Of a DNA stretch of 64,000 nt, positions 29,801-39,611 are shown piece after piece. The notes beneath the pieces were generated by a model that was given only the letters and a program-made list of their open reading frames with translations, had not been told where the DNA came from and did no database searches. Origin of the DNA: an uncultured delta proteobacterium (lineage in GTDB: Bacteria > Myxococcota > Myxococcia > SLRQ01); NCBI GenBank assembly GCA_963727485.1, contig CAVSGM010000011.1, positions 930,617 to 994,616 on the forward strand, in the 5' to 3' direction. Within the stretch, counting starts at the first letter, position 1. Every line of letters begins with the position of its first letter. The position numbers and the translations under genes are program-made.

Positions 29801-30459
29801 CGCAGGCCTCCTTGGCCGGGGACCACGAAGGCGCCCTCGGGGATTACGGCCCCCTCGAGCCAGGCCCGGCCGTTCTCCCGGCGCAGGCGGCCCTCGGCGA
29901 TCCACTGGAGCACCTGGGGGTAGAGCCGGTGCTCCTGGGCCTGGATCCGCGCCTGGAGGGCGTCGGCGTCGTCGCCGGGGCGCACCGGGACCACCGCCTG
30001 GGCGAGGATGGGGCCGGTGTCGGTGCCGGCGTCGACGAGGTGCACGGTGCACCCGGCGACCCGCACGCCCTTGTCCACCGCCTGGCGCGGGGCGTGGAGA
30101 CCCGGGAACGCCGGCAGCAGCGAGGGGTGGATGTTGACGATGCGCTCGGGGAAGGCGGCCAGCGCCACCGGTCCGAACAGGCGCATGAACCCCGCGAGGA
30201 CCACCCACTCGACCTCGTGGGCCCGGAGCACCTCGACCACCGCGTGCTCGAAGGCGTCGCGATCGGGGTGGGCGGTGTGGTCGACGACCCCCGCCGGGAT
30301 CCCCGCGGCCGAGGCCCGGTCGAGGGCGCCGGCCCCGGGGACGTTGGAGACCACCACCTGGATCCGGGCGTCGAGGCGCCCGTCGGCGCAGGCGTCGGCG
30401 ATGGCCTGGAGGTTGGTCCCCGATCCGGAGACGAGGACGCCGAGGCGAAGCGGCGGCAT
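29797..30459 (-). CDS. purN: Phosphoribosylglycinamide formyltransferase
   Basis: VLVSGSGTNLQA, LAGFMR, NIHPSLLPAFPG, GCTVH, DTGPI. Confidence 0.97.
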   Translation of the reverse strand: MPPLRLGVLVSGSGTNLQAIADACADGRLDARIQVVVSNVPGAGALDRASAAGIPAGVVDHTAHPDRDAFEHAVVEVLRAHEVEWVVLAGFMRLFGPVALAAFPERIVNIHPSLLPAFPGLHAPRQAVDKGVRVAGCTVHLVDAGTDTGPILAQAVVPVRPGDDADALQARIQAQEHRLYPQVLQWIAEGRLRRENGRAWLEGAVIPEGAFVVPGQGGLR

Positions 30460-30464
30460 GGGCG

Positions 30465-31520
30465 CTAGGCCTCCTCGTCGGGGACGCCGGCGAGGGCGAC
30501 CGCGGGGCCGTCCCCGCGCGCCACGACCTCACCGACCACGAAGGCCTGCTCGCCCTGGGCCTTCAGGAGCGCCACCGCCCGGTCGGCGTCGGCGGCGGGG
30601 ACCACGGCGACCATCCCCAGGCCCATGTTGAAGGTCCGGTACTGCTCGGCGGGGGCGATGCCGGCGCCGGCGAGGAGGTCGAAGAGGGGCGGCCGGGGCC
30701 AGGCGGCGGGATCGAGGCGCACCGCCAGGCCGTCCGGGAGGGATCGGGGGACGTTCCCGGGGAGGCCGCCGCCGGTGATGTGGGCCAGGGCGCGGACCGG
30801 GAGCTCGGCGAGGAGGGCCTGCACCGGCCTCACGTAGATCCGCGTGGGGGTGAGCAGCGCCTCGCCCAGGGTCCGGCCGCCCAGGGCCGCGGGGGCGTCG
30901 GCGAGGTCGAGGCCCAGGTCGGCGATGGCCCGGCGGGCCAGGGAGAAGCCGTTGCTGTGGAGGCCGCTGGAGCCGAGCCCGACGACCGCGTCGCCGGCCG
31001 TCACCCCGGTGCCGTCGATCATGGCGCCCTGCTCGACCACGCCCACCGCGAAGCCCGCGAGGTCGTACTCGCCGGGGGGGTAGAAGCCGGGCATCTCCGC
31101 GGTCTCGCCCCCGAGCAGCGCGCAGCCCGCCTGGACGCAGCCCTCGGCGATCCCCTCGACCACCGCGGCGCCGTCCTTCGCGTCGAGCCTGCCGGTGGCG
31201 TAGTAGTCGAGGAAGAAGAGGGGCTCGGCGCCGACGACCAGGATGTCGTTGACGCACATCGCCACCAGGTCGATGCCCACGGTGCGGTGCTCCCCGAGGG
31301 CAAAGGCGATCTTGAGCTTGGTGCCCACCCCGTCGGTCCCGGAGACCAGCACCGGCTGGCGGTAGCGGCCCGGGGCCAGGGCGAACAGACCCCCGAAGCC
31401 GCCGATGGACCCCAGCACCTCCGGGCGGCGGGTGCGCTCGGTGAGGGGACGGATGGCGTCGACGAAGCGGTCGGCCTCGTCGATGTCGACACCCGCGTCC
31501 TTGTAGCTCAATGGGGCCAT
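30465..31520 (-). CDS. purM: Phosphoribosylformylglycinamidine cyclo-ligase
   Basis: [50 protein letters not shown]. Confidence 0.97.
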   Translation of the reverse strand: MAPLSYKDAGVDIDEADRFVDAIRPLTERTRRPEVLGSIGGFGGLFALAPGRYRQPVLVSGTDGVGTKLKIAFALGEHRTVGIDLVAMCVNDILVVGAEPLFFLDYYATGRLDAKDGAAVVEGIAEGCVQAGCALLGGETAEMPGFYPPGEYDLAGFAVGVVEQGAMIDGTGVTAGDAVVGLGSSGLHSNGFSLARRAIADLGLDLADAPAALGGRTLGEALLTPTRIYVRPVQALLAELPVRALAHITGGGLPGNVPRSLPDGLAVRLDPAAWPRPPLFDLLAGAGIAPAEQYRTFNMGLGMVAVVPAADADRAVALLKAQGEQAFVVGEVVARGDGPAVALAGVPDEEA

Positions 31521-31550
31521 GGGCGGGGCGAGGCTAGACCGGCGCGCGGG

Positions 31551-31979
31551 CTACCGCAACACCGAGAAGCAGTAGGCGGCGCCGCCCGTCGGGGTGGGGG
31601 CCCCGGGGGCGAGCTGGTCGAGGCAGGTGCCGTCGCCGCCCTCGGCCTCGGGCGGGTCGTAGCCGACGTTTCCGTCCTGGTCCTCGGCCTCGACGTACCA
31701 GTGGACGGTGGTGCCCGCCGGGTAGCCGGGGATGCCCCCCTGCCAGCGGTTCCGGGCGATCTCCTGGAGGTCCACGGTGGCGGCCTGGGCGGCGCCCTCG
31801 GCGCGGAAGACCACCCGCACGGTGGCGACGTCGGTGCCGGTGGTCACGGCGGTGACCTGGTAGGGGCCGACGGGGTCCCGGGTGTCGTGGAGGGGCGCCG
31901 CCTGGACGCTCGGGGCGTTCACGTTGCCGCAGGCGGCGAGGGCGCCGGCGGCGGCGAGGGCGAGGACGAGGCGGCGCAT
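31551..31979 (-). CDS. Small lipoprotein with an Ig-like beta-sandwich
   Basis: MRRLVLALAAAGALAA-C lipobox; beta-rich body ending WYVEAEDQDGN...YCFSVLR. Confidence 0.7.
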   Translation of the reverse strand: MRRLVLALAAAGALAACGNVNAPSVQAAPLHDTRDPVGPYQVTAVTTGTDVATVRVVFRAEGAAQAATVDLQEIARNRWQGGIPGYPAGTTVHWYVEAEDQDGNVGYDPPEAEGGDGTCLDQLAPGAPTPTGGAAYCFSVLR

Positions 31980-32039
31980 CGGCCGCGATTGTACCGCCCG
32001 GGGGGGCCGGGGCAAGGTGACGCTGCTAGGATGCTCCCC

Positions 32040-34118
32040 ATGCGACGCGCCGTCCTCGCCGGCCTGCTCCTGGTGCCCCTCGCCGCCTGCACCCTCGTCG
32101 AGCCCGGTCCGGACCTCTCGGGTGTGACGCCCACCGTCTGGCACCTCGACGGCAAGGGCCTCACGGTCGCAGGGGCGAAGGTCTTCCCCACGGGCCTGGT
32201 CCCCGAGGTGATCCTCGGCACCGGCGCCGTGCCCCTGACGGGGGGCACGGTCACCGGTCCCACCGACGGCCACGACGACCTGGGCCCCTACCGGGAGACC
32301 GAGCTCGCCGTGTCCACCGCCGGCCTCACGGCGACGGTGCGCCTCCGGGACCGGGGCCGGGGGATCGCCACCGTGCGCCTCGAGGTCGAGCGCGCGGCGG
32401 GCCCCGACCCGGGCCTCTCGGGCTTCGGCCTCGGCCCCGGCGGGGTCTCGGGCAAGCAGCTCGGCGACGTCCTCGTCGAGGGCTACCAGAGCTGGTCTGG
32501 CACCTACGACGGCGTCCTCCGGGACCAGGGCGGCGACCCCGAGTCGGCGTTCCTGGAGGTCGGCGACGACGGCGACGACTACCGCCTCGACGATCGGACG
32601 AGCTGGTGGGTGGGCGACGTCCACGGCGCCGAGGGCGACCTCCTCCTGGGGGCGGTCACCGCCGACCGGTTCAAGACCCGGGTGCTCACCTACGCCGGCG
32701 CCGACGCCCAGGTCCGGGTGCACCTGGTCAGCGGCGGCCACGGCCCAACCGTGCCCTTCCCGGCGGGGGCCCCGGAGCGCAGCGAGCGCTTCCTCCTGGT
32801 GGCCGGCCACGACGCGGGCTTCGGCCTCGAGACCTGGGCCCGGATGGTCGCCACCTGGCAGCCCCCGGTGGCGCCGCCCTTCGTCCCGGTGGGCTGGAAC
32901 TCCTGGAACACCCTCTTCGACCAGGTGACCCCCGCCGACCTCGACGCCAACGCCGCGGCGCTGCGGAAGGTGCCGGCGCTGGCGCCCAACGACCTCCAGC
33001 TCGACGACGGCTGGGAGAAGCAGTGGGGCGACTGGACCCCCAACGCGCGCTTCCCGGACGGCCTGGCGAAGGTGGCCGCGCGCCTCGCCCACCAGGGGCT
33101 CCACCCGGGGGTGTGGATGGCGCCGTTCCTCGCCGGCCCGGACAGCCCGGTGATGAAGGCCCACCCGGCGTGGCGCCTGGTGAACGGCGCCGGCAAGCCG
33201 GTGGTCTACCAGAGCCCGGTGGGCCCCATGGCGGTCCTCGACACCTCGATCCCCGCCGCCGAGGACTGGGTGGTGGGCCAGGTCCAGGACCGCCTCGACG
33301 AGGGCTTCCGGTACCTGAAGCTCGACTACCTCTTCGCCGGGGCGTTCACCGGCGCCCGGGCCGGGGAGGTGACGCCGGTCCAGGCCTACCGGCACACCCT
33401 GGGGCGCATCCTCGGGGCGGCGCAGGCGGCCGGGGCCTACGTCCTCGCCTGCGGGGCGCCGCTGCTCCCCACCGCCGGGCTGGCCCACGGGATCCGCGTC
33501 TCCGGGGACATCTCGCTGGCCCAGGTGACCTACTCGTTCACCCTGGTGAAGAACGCCCTGCGCAACGTGGCCTGGCGGGGGATGGTGAACGACTTCCTCG
33601 CGGTGGACCCCGACGCGGTCCGCCTCGACGGCCTCGGCCCCGACGGCCAGGAGACGGCCCTGACCGCGGCCCTCCTCGCCGGCCACCTCTTCGCCCTCGG
33701 CGACGACCTCCCGAGCCTCGACGACGCCAGCCGCGGGCGACTGGCCCAGGCGGTGGCGATGCCGGTCCTCGGGGCGCTGCGGGCCGGGCCGTCCCTGGGC
33801 TACGGCGCCCGGCCGGCCCCGGGGACGCTGATGGGCGACCCCATCGCCGACCCCGGGAGCCCGGTGCGCTTCTTCGTGAAGCCCGACTACCCGGTGCCGG
33901 ACCTGTGGTCGGCGCGGCTGCCCGGGGTGGGGACGGCGGTGGCGGCCTTCGACTGGGGCGAGGGGCCGGTGACCCGGACGGTGGACCTGGCGCCCTTCGG
34001 GTGGAAGCCCGGGCGGAAGGTGACCGACGCCTGGGCGGGGCAGGCGGTGACCCCGACCGACGGCGCGGTCACGGTGACCCTCCCCGCCCACGGGGTGGTC
34101 CTGTGGATCCTCCGATGA
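32040..34118 (+). CDS. GH36/GH27-clan alpha-galactosidase-like lipoprotein
   Basis: Lipobox PLAA-C; GWNSW, QLDDGWE, RFPDG, GVWMAPF, YLKLDY (nucleophile), RVSGD (acid/base). Alternative start 32031. Confidence 0.85.
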   Translation: MRRAVLAGLLLVPLAACTLVEPGPDLSGVTPTVWHLDGKGLTVAGAKVFPTGLVPEVILGTGAVPLTGGTVTGPTDGHDDLGPYRETELAVSTAGLTATVRLRDRGRGIATVRLEVERAAGPDPGLSGFGLGPGGVSGKQLGDVLVEGYQSWSGTYDGVLRDQGGDPESAFLEVGDDGDDYRLDDRTSWWVGDVHGAEGDLLLGAVTADRFKTRVLTYAGADAQVRVHLVSGGHGPTVPFPAGAPERSERFLLVAGHDAGFGLETWARMVATWQPPVAPPFVPVGWNSWNTLFDQVTPADLDANAAALRKVPALAPNDLQLDDGWEKQWGDWTPNARFPDGLAKVAARLAHQGLHPGVWMAPFLAGPDSPVMKAHPAWRLVNGAGKPVVYQSPVGPMAVLDTSIPAAEDWVVGQVQDRLDEGFRYLKLDYLFAGAFTGARAGEVTPVQAYRHTLGRILGAAQAAGAYVLACGAPLLPTAGLAHGIRVSGDISLAQVTYSFTLVKNALRNVAWRGMVNDFLAVDPDAVRLDGLGPDGQETALTAALLAGHLFALGDDLPSLDDASRGRLAQAVAMPVLGALRAGPSLGYGARPAPGTLMGDPIADPGSPVRFFVKPDYPVPDLWSARLPGVGTAVAAFDWGEGPVTRTVDLAPFGWKPGRKVTDAWAGQAVTPTDGAVTVTLPAHGVVLWILR

Positions 34119-34128
34119 GGGCGCGGCG

Positions 34129-34785
34129 GTGAGCGACCGGGTGGTCGTCTACGCCCGGCCCCTGGTCCGGGGGCGGGTGAAGACGCGCCTCGCCGCCGGG
34201 GTGGGCGAGGCCCGGGCCCTGGTCCTCTACCGGGCGTTCCTCGCCGACGTCCTCGGGGCGGCGCGGGGGGTGGGGGCGGAGGTGGTGGTCTCGGTGGCCG
34301 GGGACCCCGGGGACCCGGGGCTCGAGGCCCTGGCCTCGGACCTCCACCGGGTGGCCCAGGGCGACGGGGACCTCGGGGCCCGGATGGCCGCGACCTTCGT
34401 CCGGGGGCGCGACGCCGGGGTGCGCCGGCTGGCGCTGGTGGGCAGCGACCGCCCGGCGGTGCAGGCGGCGGAGGTCCGGGCCTGCCTGGCGGCGGCGGAC
34501 CCGGGCACGGTGGTCCTCGCCCCGGCGGCGGACGGGGGCTACTGGTGCGTGGCGGCGGACCCGGCCACGGATCTGGCGCCGGTGTTCGCGGGGGTGGCGT
34601 GGAGCACGCCCGCGGTCCTCGAACAGACCCGCCGGCGCGCCGAGGCCGCGGGCCTCACGGTGCGCCTGGGGCCGGAGGGGATCGACGTGGACGAGGCCGC
34701 GGACCTCGACGCCCTCCGGGGCGAGCTCGAGGGCCTCCCCTTGGAGGTGGCGCCGGCGACCCGGGTGGCCCTGGGGTCGGGGTAG
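34129..34785 (+). CDS. DUF2064 / TIGR04282-type glycosyltransferase-like protein
   Basis: GRVKTRLA, QGDGDLGARM, VGSDRP, LAPAADGGYW, WSTPAVL, DVDEAADL. Confidence 0.85.
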   Translation: MSDRVVVYARPLVRGRVKTRLAAGVGEARALVLYRAFLADVLGAARGVGAEVVVSVAGDPGDPGLEALASDLHRVAQGDGDLGARMAATFVRGRDAGVRRLALVGSDRPAVQAAEVRACLAAADPGTVVLAPAADGGYWCVAADPATDLAPVFAGVAWSTPAVLEQTRRRAEAAGLTVRLGPEGIDVDEAADLDALRGELEGLPLEVAPATRVALGSG

Positions 34786-34832
34786 GGTGGCCCTGGCCCG
34801 GGGCGGCCCTCGCTGGTAGGCTCGCCGGACGA

Positions 34833-37388
34833 ATGGCGGCTGGTCACGCGATGGCGCGGCTCCTGCGCCCCACGGGGTTCAAGATCGCCATGGGGATGAG
34901 CGTCCTCGTGGCCGGGGCGTACTTCCTCTCCCAGTCGGGGAGCGCCCCGGAGACCACGGCCATCGGTCGCCTCGAGGCCAGGGCCCTCGACGCCAAGTTC
35001 CAGGTCCGGGGCGCCCGGAAGCCCTCTGGGGACGTGGTGGTGGTGGGCATCGACGAGGCGGCGGTGCAGCGCTACGGCCGGTGGCCCTGGAGCCGGGCGA
35101 CCATGGCCCGGCTCATCGGCCGGCTCACCGCCGACGGCGCCCGGGTCATCGCCCTGGACATGGACTTCACCGATCCCCAGAAGGGCGGACGCTACGCGGC
35201 GCTGGCCGAGGCGGCGAAGCGGTATCGCGCCGCCGGGGCCACGGACCCGGCCCTGGACGCCTGGTTCCAGAAGGCGCTGGCCGACGGCTCCCCGGACGAC
35301 CAGCTCGCCCGGGCGATCTTCGCCTCGGGGCGCGTGGTCTGGGGCGTCTTCGGTCACTACCAGGCCGGCGAGATCCCCCCGCGCCGGAACGCGGCGGCGG
35401 TGGCCGAGGTGGCGCCCTTCGCGGTGCGCAGCCTCTACCGGGTGGAGCACACCGTCGGCGGCGACCGGCCGGTGCCCGACGACCTGTCCATCTCCGACCC
35501 GCGGTTCGAGCCGGCGGACATGGCGGGCATCGAGATCCCCCTCGCCCCGTTCACCGCGGCCACGCCCTTCTTCGGGCTGGTGAACGTGATGCCCGACCCC
35601 GACGGAGTCCTGCGTCGCAGTGACCTCCTGGTCCGCGACCACGGCGTGCTCCTGCCCTCGCTCCCCCTGCGGGCGGTGGCGGCGTGGCTCAACAGCGACA
35701 TCTACCCCTTCCGCGACGATCTCAAGACCCACCGCCTGGGCCGGGTGGAGCTGCAGGTGGGCTCCGCCGACGCGGGGGGCCTGGGGATCACCGACGCCCA
35801 CGGGGCCCTGGGGTGGACCGGGCGCCGGGCCCAGGGCCTGCCCGCGGGTCCCTGGGAGGCGGGCATCCGGGCGAAGTGGCGGGCCTGGAAGGCGGCGCGG
35901 CAGGCGGCGGCGGACGCGGCGCCGGCGGACGCGGACGTGCCCCCGGTGGATCCGGCGACCATCCCCGGCCACCGGTTCGGCACCAGGCTGGAGGTGCCCC
36001 TCGATCCCTGGGCCCGGGGGCGGATGCTGGTCAACCACCTGGGCCCCCGGGGCGACTTCCCGAAGGTCAGCGCCGCGGCGGTCCTCGACGGGCACCTGGG
36101 CCCGGCGAAGCTCGCCGGCCGCCTGGCGGTGGTCGGGGTCACGGCGCTGGGCACCTACGACCAGCGGGTCACGCCCTTCGACAGCTTCCTCCCCGGGGTC
36201 TTCGTCCAGGCGTCGATCATGGACGACCTGCTCACCGGGCGCCTGCTCTCCCGGCCGGTCTACATGGTCCCGGTGGAGGTCGGGGTCCTGCTCCTCCTGG
36301 GGCTGATGGTGGGCCTGGTGCTCCCGCGCCTGCGCGGGGGGCTCGGGATCGCCGTGTTCCTCGCCGGGGGGATGCTGGCCTACGCCGCCGTCGACCAGGT
36401 CCTCTTCTCCAAGTGGGGTGTCGACCTCTTCCTGGTCACGCCGCTTTTCACCTTCGTGCTCCTGGGCCTCTCGGTGGCGGTGTTCCAGTGGGCGGTGGTC
36501 GACCGGGAGAAGCGCGAGGTGCGCCGGGCGTTCCAGCACTACCTGGCGCCGTCGGTCCTGGAGTCGGTGCTCAAGGATCCGAAGAAGCTCTCGCTGGATC
36601 CGAGCAAGACCAAGGTCACCGTCCTGTTCAGCGACATCCGCGGGTTCACCACCATCAGCGAGGGGCTCCCCGCCGAGGAGCTGGCGAAGGTCCTCAACGC
36701 CTACCTCACGCCCATGACCCACGAGGTCTTCCGCCACGGGGGCACCCTCGACAAGTACATGGGCGACGCGATCATGGCCTTCTGGGGCGACCCCATCCCC
36801 CGGCCCGACCACGCCCTGGAGGCCTGCCGCACGGCACTGGCGATGATCGAGGCCCTCGACGGTCTCAACCAGCGCTTCGCCGGCCGGGGCTGGCCGCGGA
36901 TCGACATCGGCGTGGGCGTCAACACCAGCACCGTCTCCGCCGGGAACTTCGGCTCCGACGTCCTCTTCGACTACACGGTGATGGGCGACGGGGTGAACCT
37001 GGCCTCGCGCCTCGAGGGCATCAACAAGACCTACGGTACCCACATCGTCATCAGCGAGTTCACCCTGGCGGCGGTGAAGGACCAGGCGGTGGTGCGGGAG
37101 CTCGACGCGGTGCGGGTCAAGGGCAAGCGCGAGCCGGTGCGCATCTTTGAGCTCCTCGGCGTCGGCCAGGTGGGGCCCGAGGAGGCGGCGCTGCTGGTGG
37201 ACTTCGCGGCGGCGCTCGCCGACTACCGGACGCAGAAGTGGGACGCCGCCGCCGAGGGCTTCCGGCGCTGCCTGGCCCGGCGGCCGGACGACGGGCCCTC
37301 GGCCCTCTACCTCGAGCGCTGTGCCACCATGAAGGCCGACCCGCCGGGCCCCGGTTGGGACGGCGTGTTCACCCTCACCACCAAGTAG
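34833..37388 (+). CDS. CHASE2-domain class III adenylate cyclase
   Basis: N-terminal TM; CHASE2 (VVVVGIDE...GRWPWSR, DPDGVLR, PGVFVQA); three TMs; cyclase core FSDIRGFT, DKYMGDAIMAFWG, DYTVMGDGVNLASRLEG, VKGK. Confidence 0.93.
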   Translation: MAAGHAMARLLRPTGFKIAMGMSVLVAGAYFLSQSGSAPETTAIGRLEARALDAKFQVRGARKPSGDVVVVGIDEAAVQRYGRWPWSRATMARLIGRLTADGARVIALDMDFTDPQKGGRYAALAEAAKRYRAAGATDPALDAWFQKALADGSPDDQLARAIFASGRVVWGVFGHYQAGEIPPRRNAAAVAEVAPFAVRSLYRVEHTVGGDRPVPDDLSISDPRFEPADMAGIEIPLAPFTAATPFFGLVNVMPDPDGVLRRSDLLVRDHGVLLPSLPLRAVAAWLNSDIYPFRDDLKTHRLGRVELQVGSADAGGLGITDAHGALGWTGRRAQGLPAGPWEAGIRAKWRAWKAARQAAADAAPADADVPPVDPATIPGHRFGTRLEVPLDPWARGRMLVNHLGPRGDFPKVSAAAVLDGHLGPAKLAGRLAVVGVTALGTYDQRVTPFDSFLPGVFVQASIMDDLLTGRLLSRPVYMVPVEVGVLLLLGLMVGLVLPRLRGGLGIAVFLAGGMLAYAAVDQVLFSKWGVDLFLVTPLFTFVLLGLSVAVFQWAVVDREKREVRRAFQHYLAPSVLESVLKDPKKLSLDPSKTKVTVLFSDIRGFTTISEGLPAEELAKVLNAYLTPMTHEVFRHGGTLDKYMGDAIMAFWGDPIPRPDHALEACRTALAMIEALDGLNQRFAGRGWPRIDIGVGVNTSTVSAGNFGSDVLFDYTVMGDGVNLASRLEGINKTYGTHIVISEFTLAAVKDQAVVRELDAVRVKGKREPVRIFELLGVGQVGPEEAALLVDFAAALADYRTQKWDAAAEGFRRCLARRPDDGPSALYLERCATMKADPPGPGWDGVFTLTTK

Positions 37389-37397
37389 GCGACCGAC

Positions 37398-38882
37398 ATG
37401 GCCGACGCGCGCAGGCTCAAGGACAAGGTGGCCAAGCACCTCGCCCGCCAGGACTACGAGGCGGCCCACGAGGCCTGCCTGGCGCTGGTGCAGCAGCTCC
37501 CCGGCGACGACCACGCGCTGCTCAAGCTCGGGGAGATCGAGGAGCGGCTGGGGCGTACCGACGCGGCGCTTCGGCGCTACCGGACGCTGGTCGACCGCTA
37601 CGCCGACGCCGGGCGGCTGGTGCGCGCCATCGCCGTGGCCCGGCGGGTCCTCGACGCGGCGCCGGAGGACTCGGCGATCCAGCGGAAGCTGGCGCTCCTC
37701 TACGCGGCGAGGGGGCTGCCCCCGGCGGCGGCGAGCGGGGCGGCGGCCCGGGAGGCGCGGCACGCGGCGGAGCACGCCGAGGCGGAGGCGAGTCCGGCGG
37801 CGGAGGCGAGCCCGGCGGCGGACCACGCGGAGGCGGACGTGGCCGACAGCGCGCCTCCGGCCGAGACGGTGCCGAGGGTCCGCCCGCCGTCGCTGGCCAC
37901 CGGGCAGCGCCTCCTCGACGTCCTCGCCTCCGAAGAGGATCCCTTCGCCACCCCCGCCGAGGAGGCCAGGCGCCGGCAGGTCGCCGCCGAGGACCTCGAG
38001 TCCCTCGACCTCGGGGACCTCGACCTCGCCTTCGTGGAGCTCGCCGGCGAGGACGCCCCGAAGGCCCCGGCGACGCCGCTCTTCTCCGACCTCGCCCCCG
38101 AGGAGCTCGAGGCGGTCCTGGCCCAGGTCACGGTCCGCCGCCCGGCCCCCGGGGAGGCGGTGGTGCGCCAGGGCGACGTCGGGGACTCGGTGTTCGTGGT
38201 CGCCGCCGGGGAGGTGAAGGTCCGGGTGACGCGCCGGGACGGGACCGAGGCCGAGGTCGCGACCCTCGGCGAGGGGGACTTCTTCGGCGAGTTCGGCCTC
38301 TTCCTCGAGGGCCGGCGCCAGGCGACGGTGGTCGCCGGGGCCGAGGACACCGAGCTCCTGGAGATCCGCCACGCCGACCTCGAGGCGGTGGCCCGGCGGC
38401 ACCCGAGGGTGCGCGAGGTCCTCGAGGACTTCTACCGGCGCCGGGCGGTGGACACGGCGCTCGCCAGCTCCCAGCTCTTCGGGGGCCTGCGCGACGACGC
38501 CCGGGACGCGTTGGCGCGGATGGTCTCGGTGGAGCGCCACCGGGCCGGGTCCACGGTCCTCCAGGAGGGGGACGACGGCGAGGGCCTCTACCTGGTCCGC
38601 TCCGGTCACCTGAAGGTCGAGAGCCGGGGGCTGGCCGACGGGCCGGTGGCGCTCGCCGAGCTGTGGCCCGGGGACTTCTTCGGGGAGATCTCGCTCCTCG
38701 CCGAGGTGCCCATCACCGCCGACGTGGTGGCCACCGAGCCCACCGAGCTCCTCAAGCTCTCGCGGACCGAGGTCCTCCAGCTCTGCGGGTTCTTCCCGGA
38801 GCTGGAGAAGCGCCTCGAGGCGAGCCGGGAGCACCGCCTCCATGCCTCCATCGAGCGCCTCGCCGAGGCGGGGGTCGTGTGA
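37398..38882 (+). CDS. TPR-like N-terminus plus two cyclic-nucleotide-binding domains
   Basis: Helical TPR-like start; cNMP motifs VVRQGDVGDSVF...FFGEFG..RRQATV and VLQEGDDGEGLY...FFGEISLL. Confidence 0.85.
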   Translation: MADARRLKDKVAKHLARQDYEAAHEACLALVQQLPGDDHALLKLGEIEERLGRTDAALRRYRTLVDRYADAGRLVRAIAVARRVLDAAPEDSAIQRKLALLYAARGLPPAAASGAAAREARHAAEHAEAEASPAAEASPAADHAEADVADSAPPAETVPRVRPPSLATGQRLLDVLASEEDPFATPAEEARRRQVAAEDLESLDLGDLDLAFVELAGEDAPKAPATPLFSDLAPEELEAVLAQVTVRRPAPGEAVVRQGDVGDSVFVVAAGEVKVRVTRRDGTEAEVATLGEGDFFGEFGLFLEGRRQATVVAGAEDTELLEIRHADLEAVARRHPRVREVLEDFYRRRAVDTALASSQLFGGLRDDARDALARMVSVERHRAGSTVLQEGDDGEGLYLVRSGHLKVESRGLADGPVALAELWPGDFFGEISLLAEVPITADVVATEPTELLKLSRTEVLQLCGFFPELEKRLEASREHRLHASIERLAEAGVV

Positions 38883-38975
38883 CCAGGCGGTGTGACCAAT
38901 CGGCCCCCCGGCGGCGGGGCCCGGATCGGGGAATCCATTGACACATCAAGGATTTTCCTGCTAGCGACGGTCCCG

Positions 38976-39611
38976 ATGGCGACCACGGAGGAACTCCTCT
39001 TCCAGAAGTTCGGCCGGGCGTTTCCGGCGGGCACGGTGCTCTTCCGGGAAGGGGAGCAGGGGCGCGAGATGTACGTGCTCCACGAGGGCAAGGTCCGCAT
39101 CACCAAGGACGTCCGGGGCCACCAGAAGGTCCTCGCCGACATCGGGGTCGGGGAGTTCTTCGGGGAGATGTCGATCCTCAACGAGAAGCCCCGGTCGGCC
39201 ACCGCCACGGTGGTCGACGACGCGAAGCTCCTGGTGCTCTCGCCCAAGACCTTCGAGGCGATGATCAAGCACTCCACCGAGATCGCCCTGCGGATGGTCA
39301 AGCGCCTCTCCGCCCGCCTCCAGGAGGCGGACGATCACATCGAGAACCTGATGCTCCGGGATCCGAAGAGCCGGGTGGTCCACCTGCTCATCCGCTCGGC
39401 CAAGGCTCATGGGGACAATCTCCCCCTCGCCGCGGAGGAGCTTCCCGGCGAGCTCGGTCTTACCCTGGCCCAGGTCCGGGACACCTTGACCGCCCTCGAG
39501 AAGAAGGGCCTCATCGAGCCCCGGGAAGACGGAATCGGAATCCCGGACCGGAACAAGCTCGAGCAGTTCCTCGAGTTCCTCGAGATGCGCGAGCAGTTCG
39601 GAGACGACTAG
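38976..39611 (+). CDS. Crp/Fnr-family cNMP-binding regulator
   Basis: LFREGEQGREMY, FFGEMSILNEKPRSATA, C-terminal HTH-like region. Confidence 0.85.
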   Translation: MATTEELLFQKFGRAFPAGTVLFREGEQGREMYVLHEGKVRITKDVRGHQKVLADIGVGEFFGEMSILNEKPRSATATVVDDAKLLVLSPKTFEAMIKHSTEIALRMVKRLSARLQEADDHIENLMLRDPKSRVVHLLIRSAKAHGDNLPLAAEELPGELGLTLAQVRDTLTALEKKGLIEPREDGIGIPDRNKLEQFLEFLEMREQFGDD

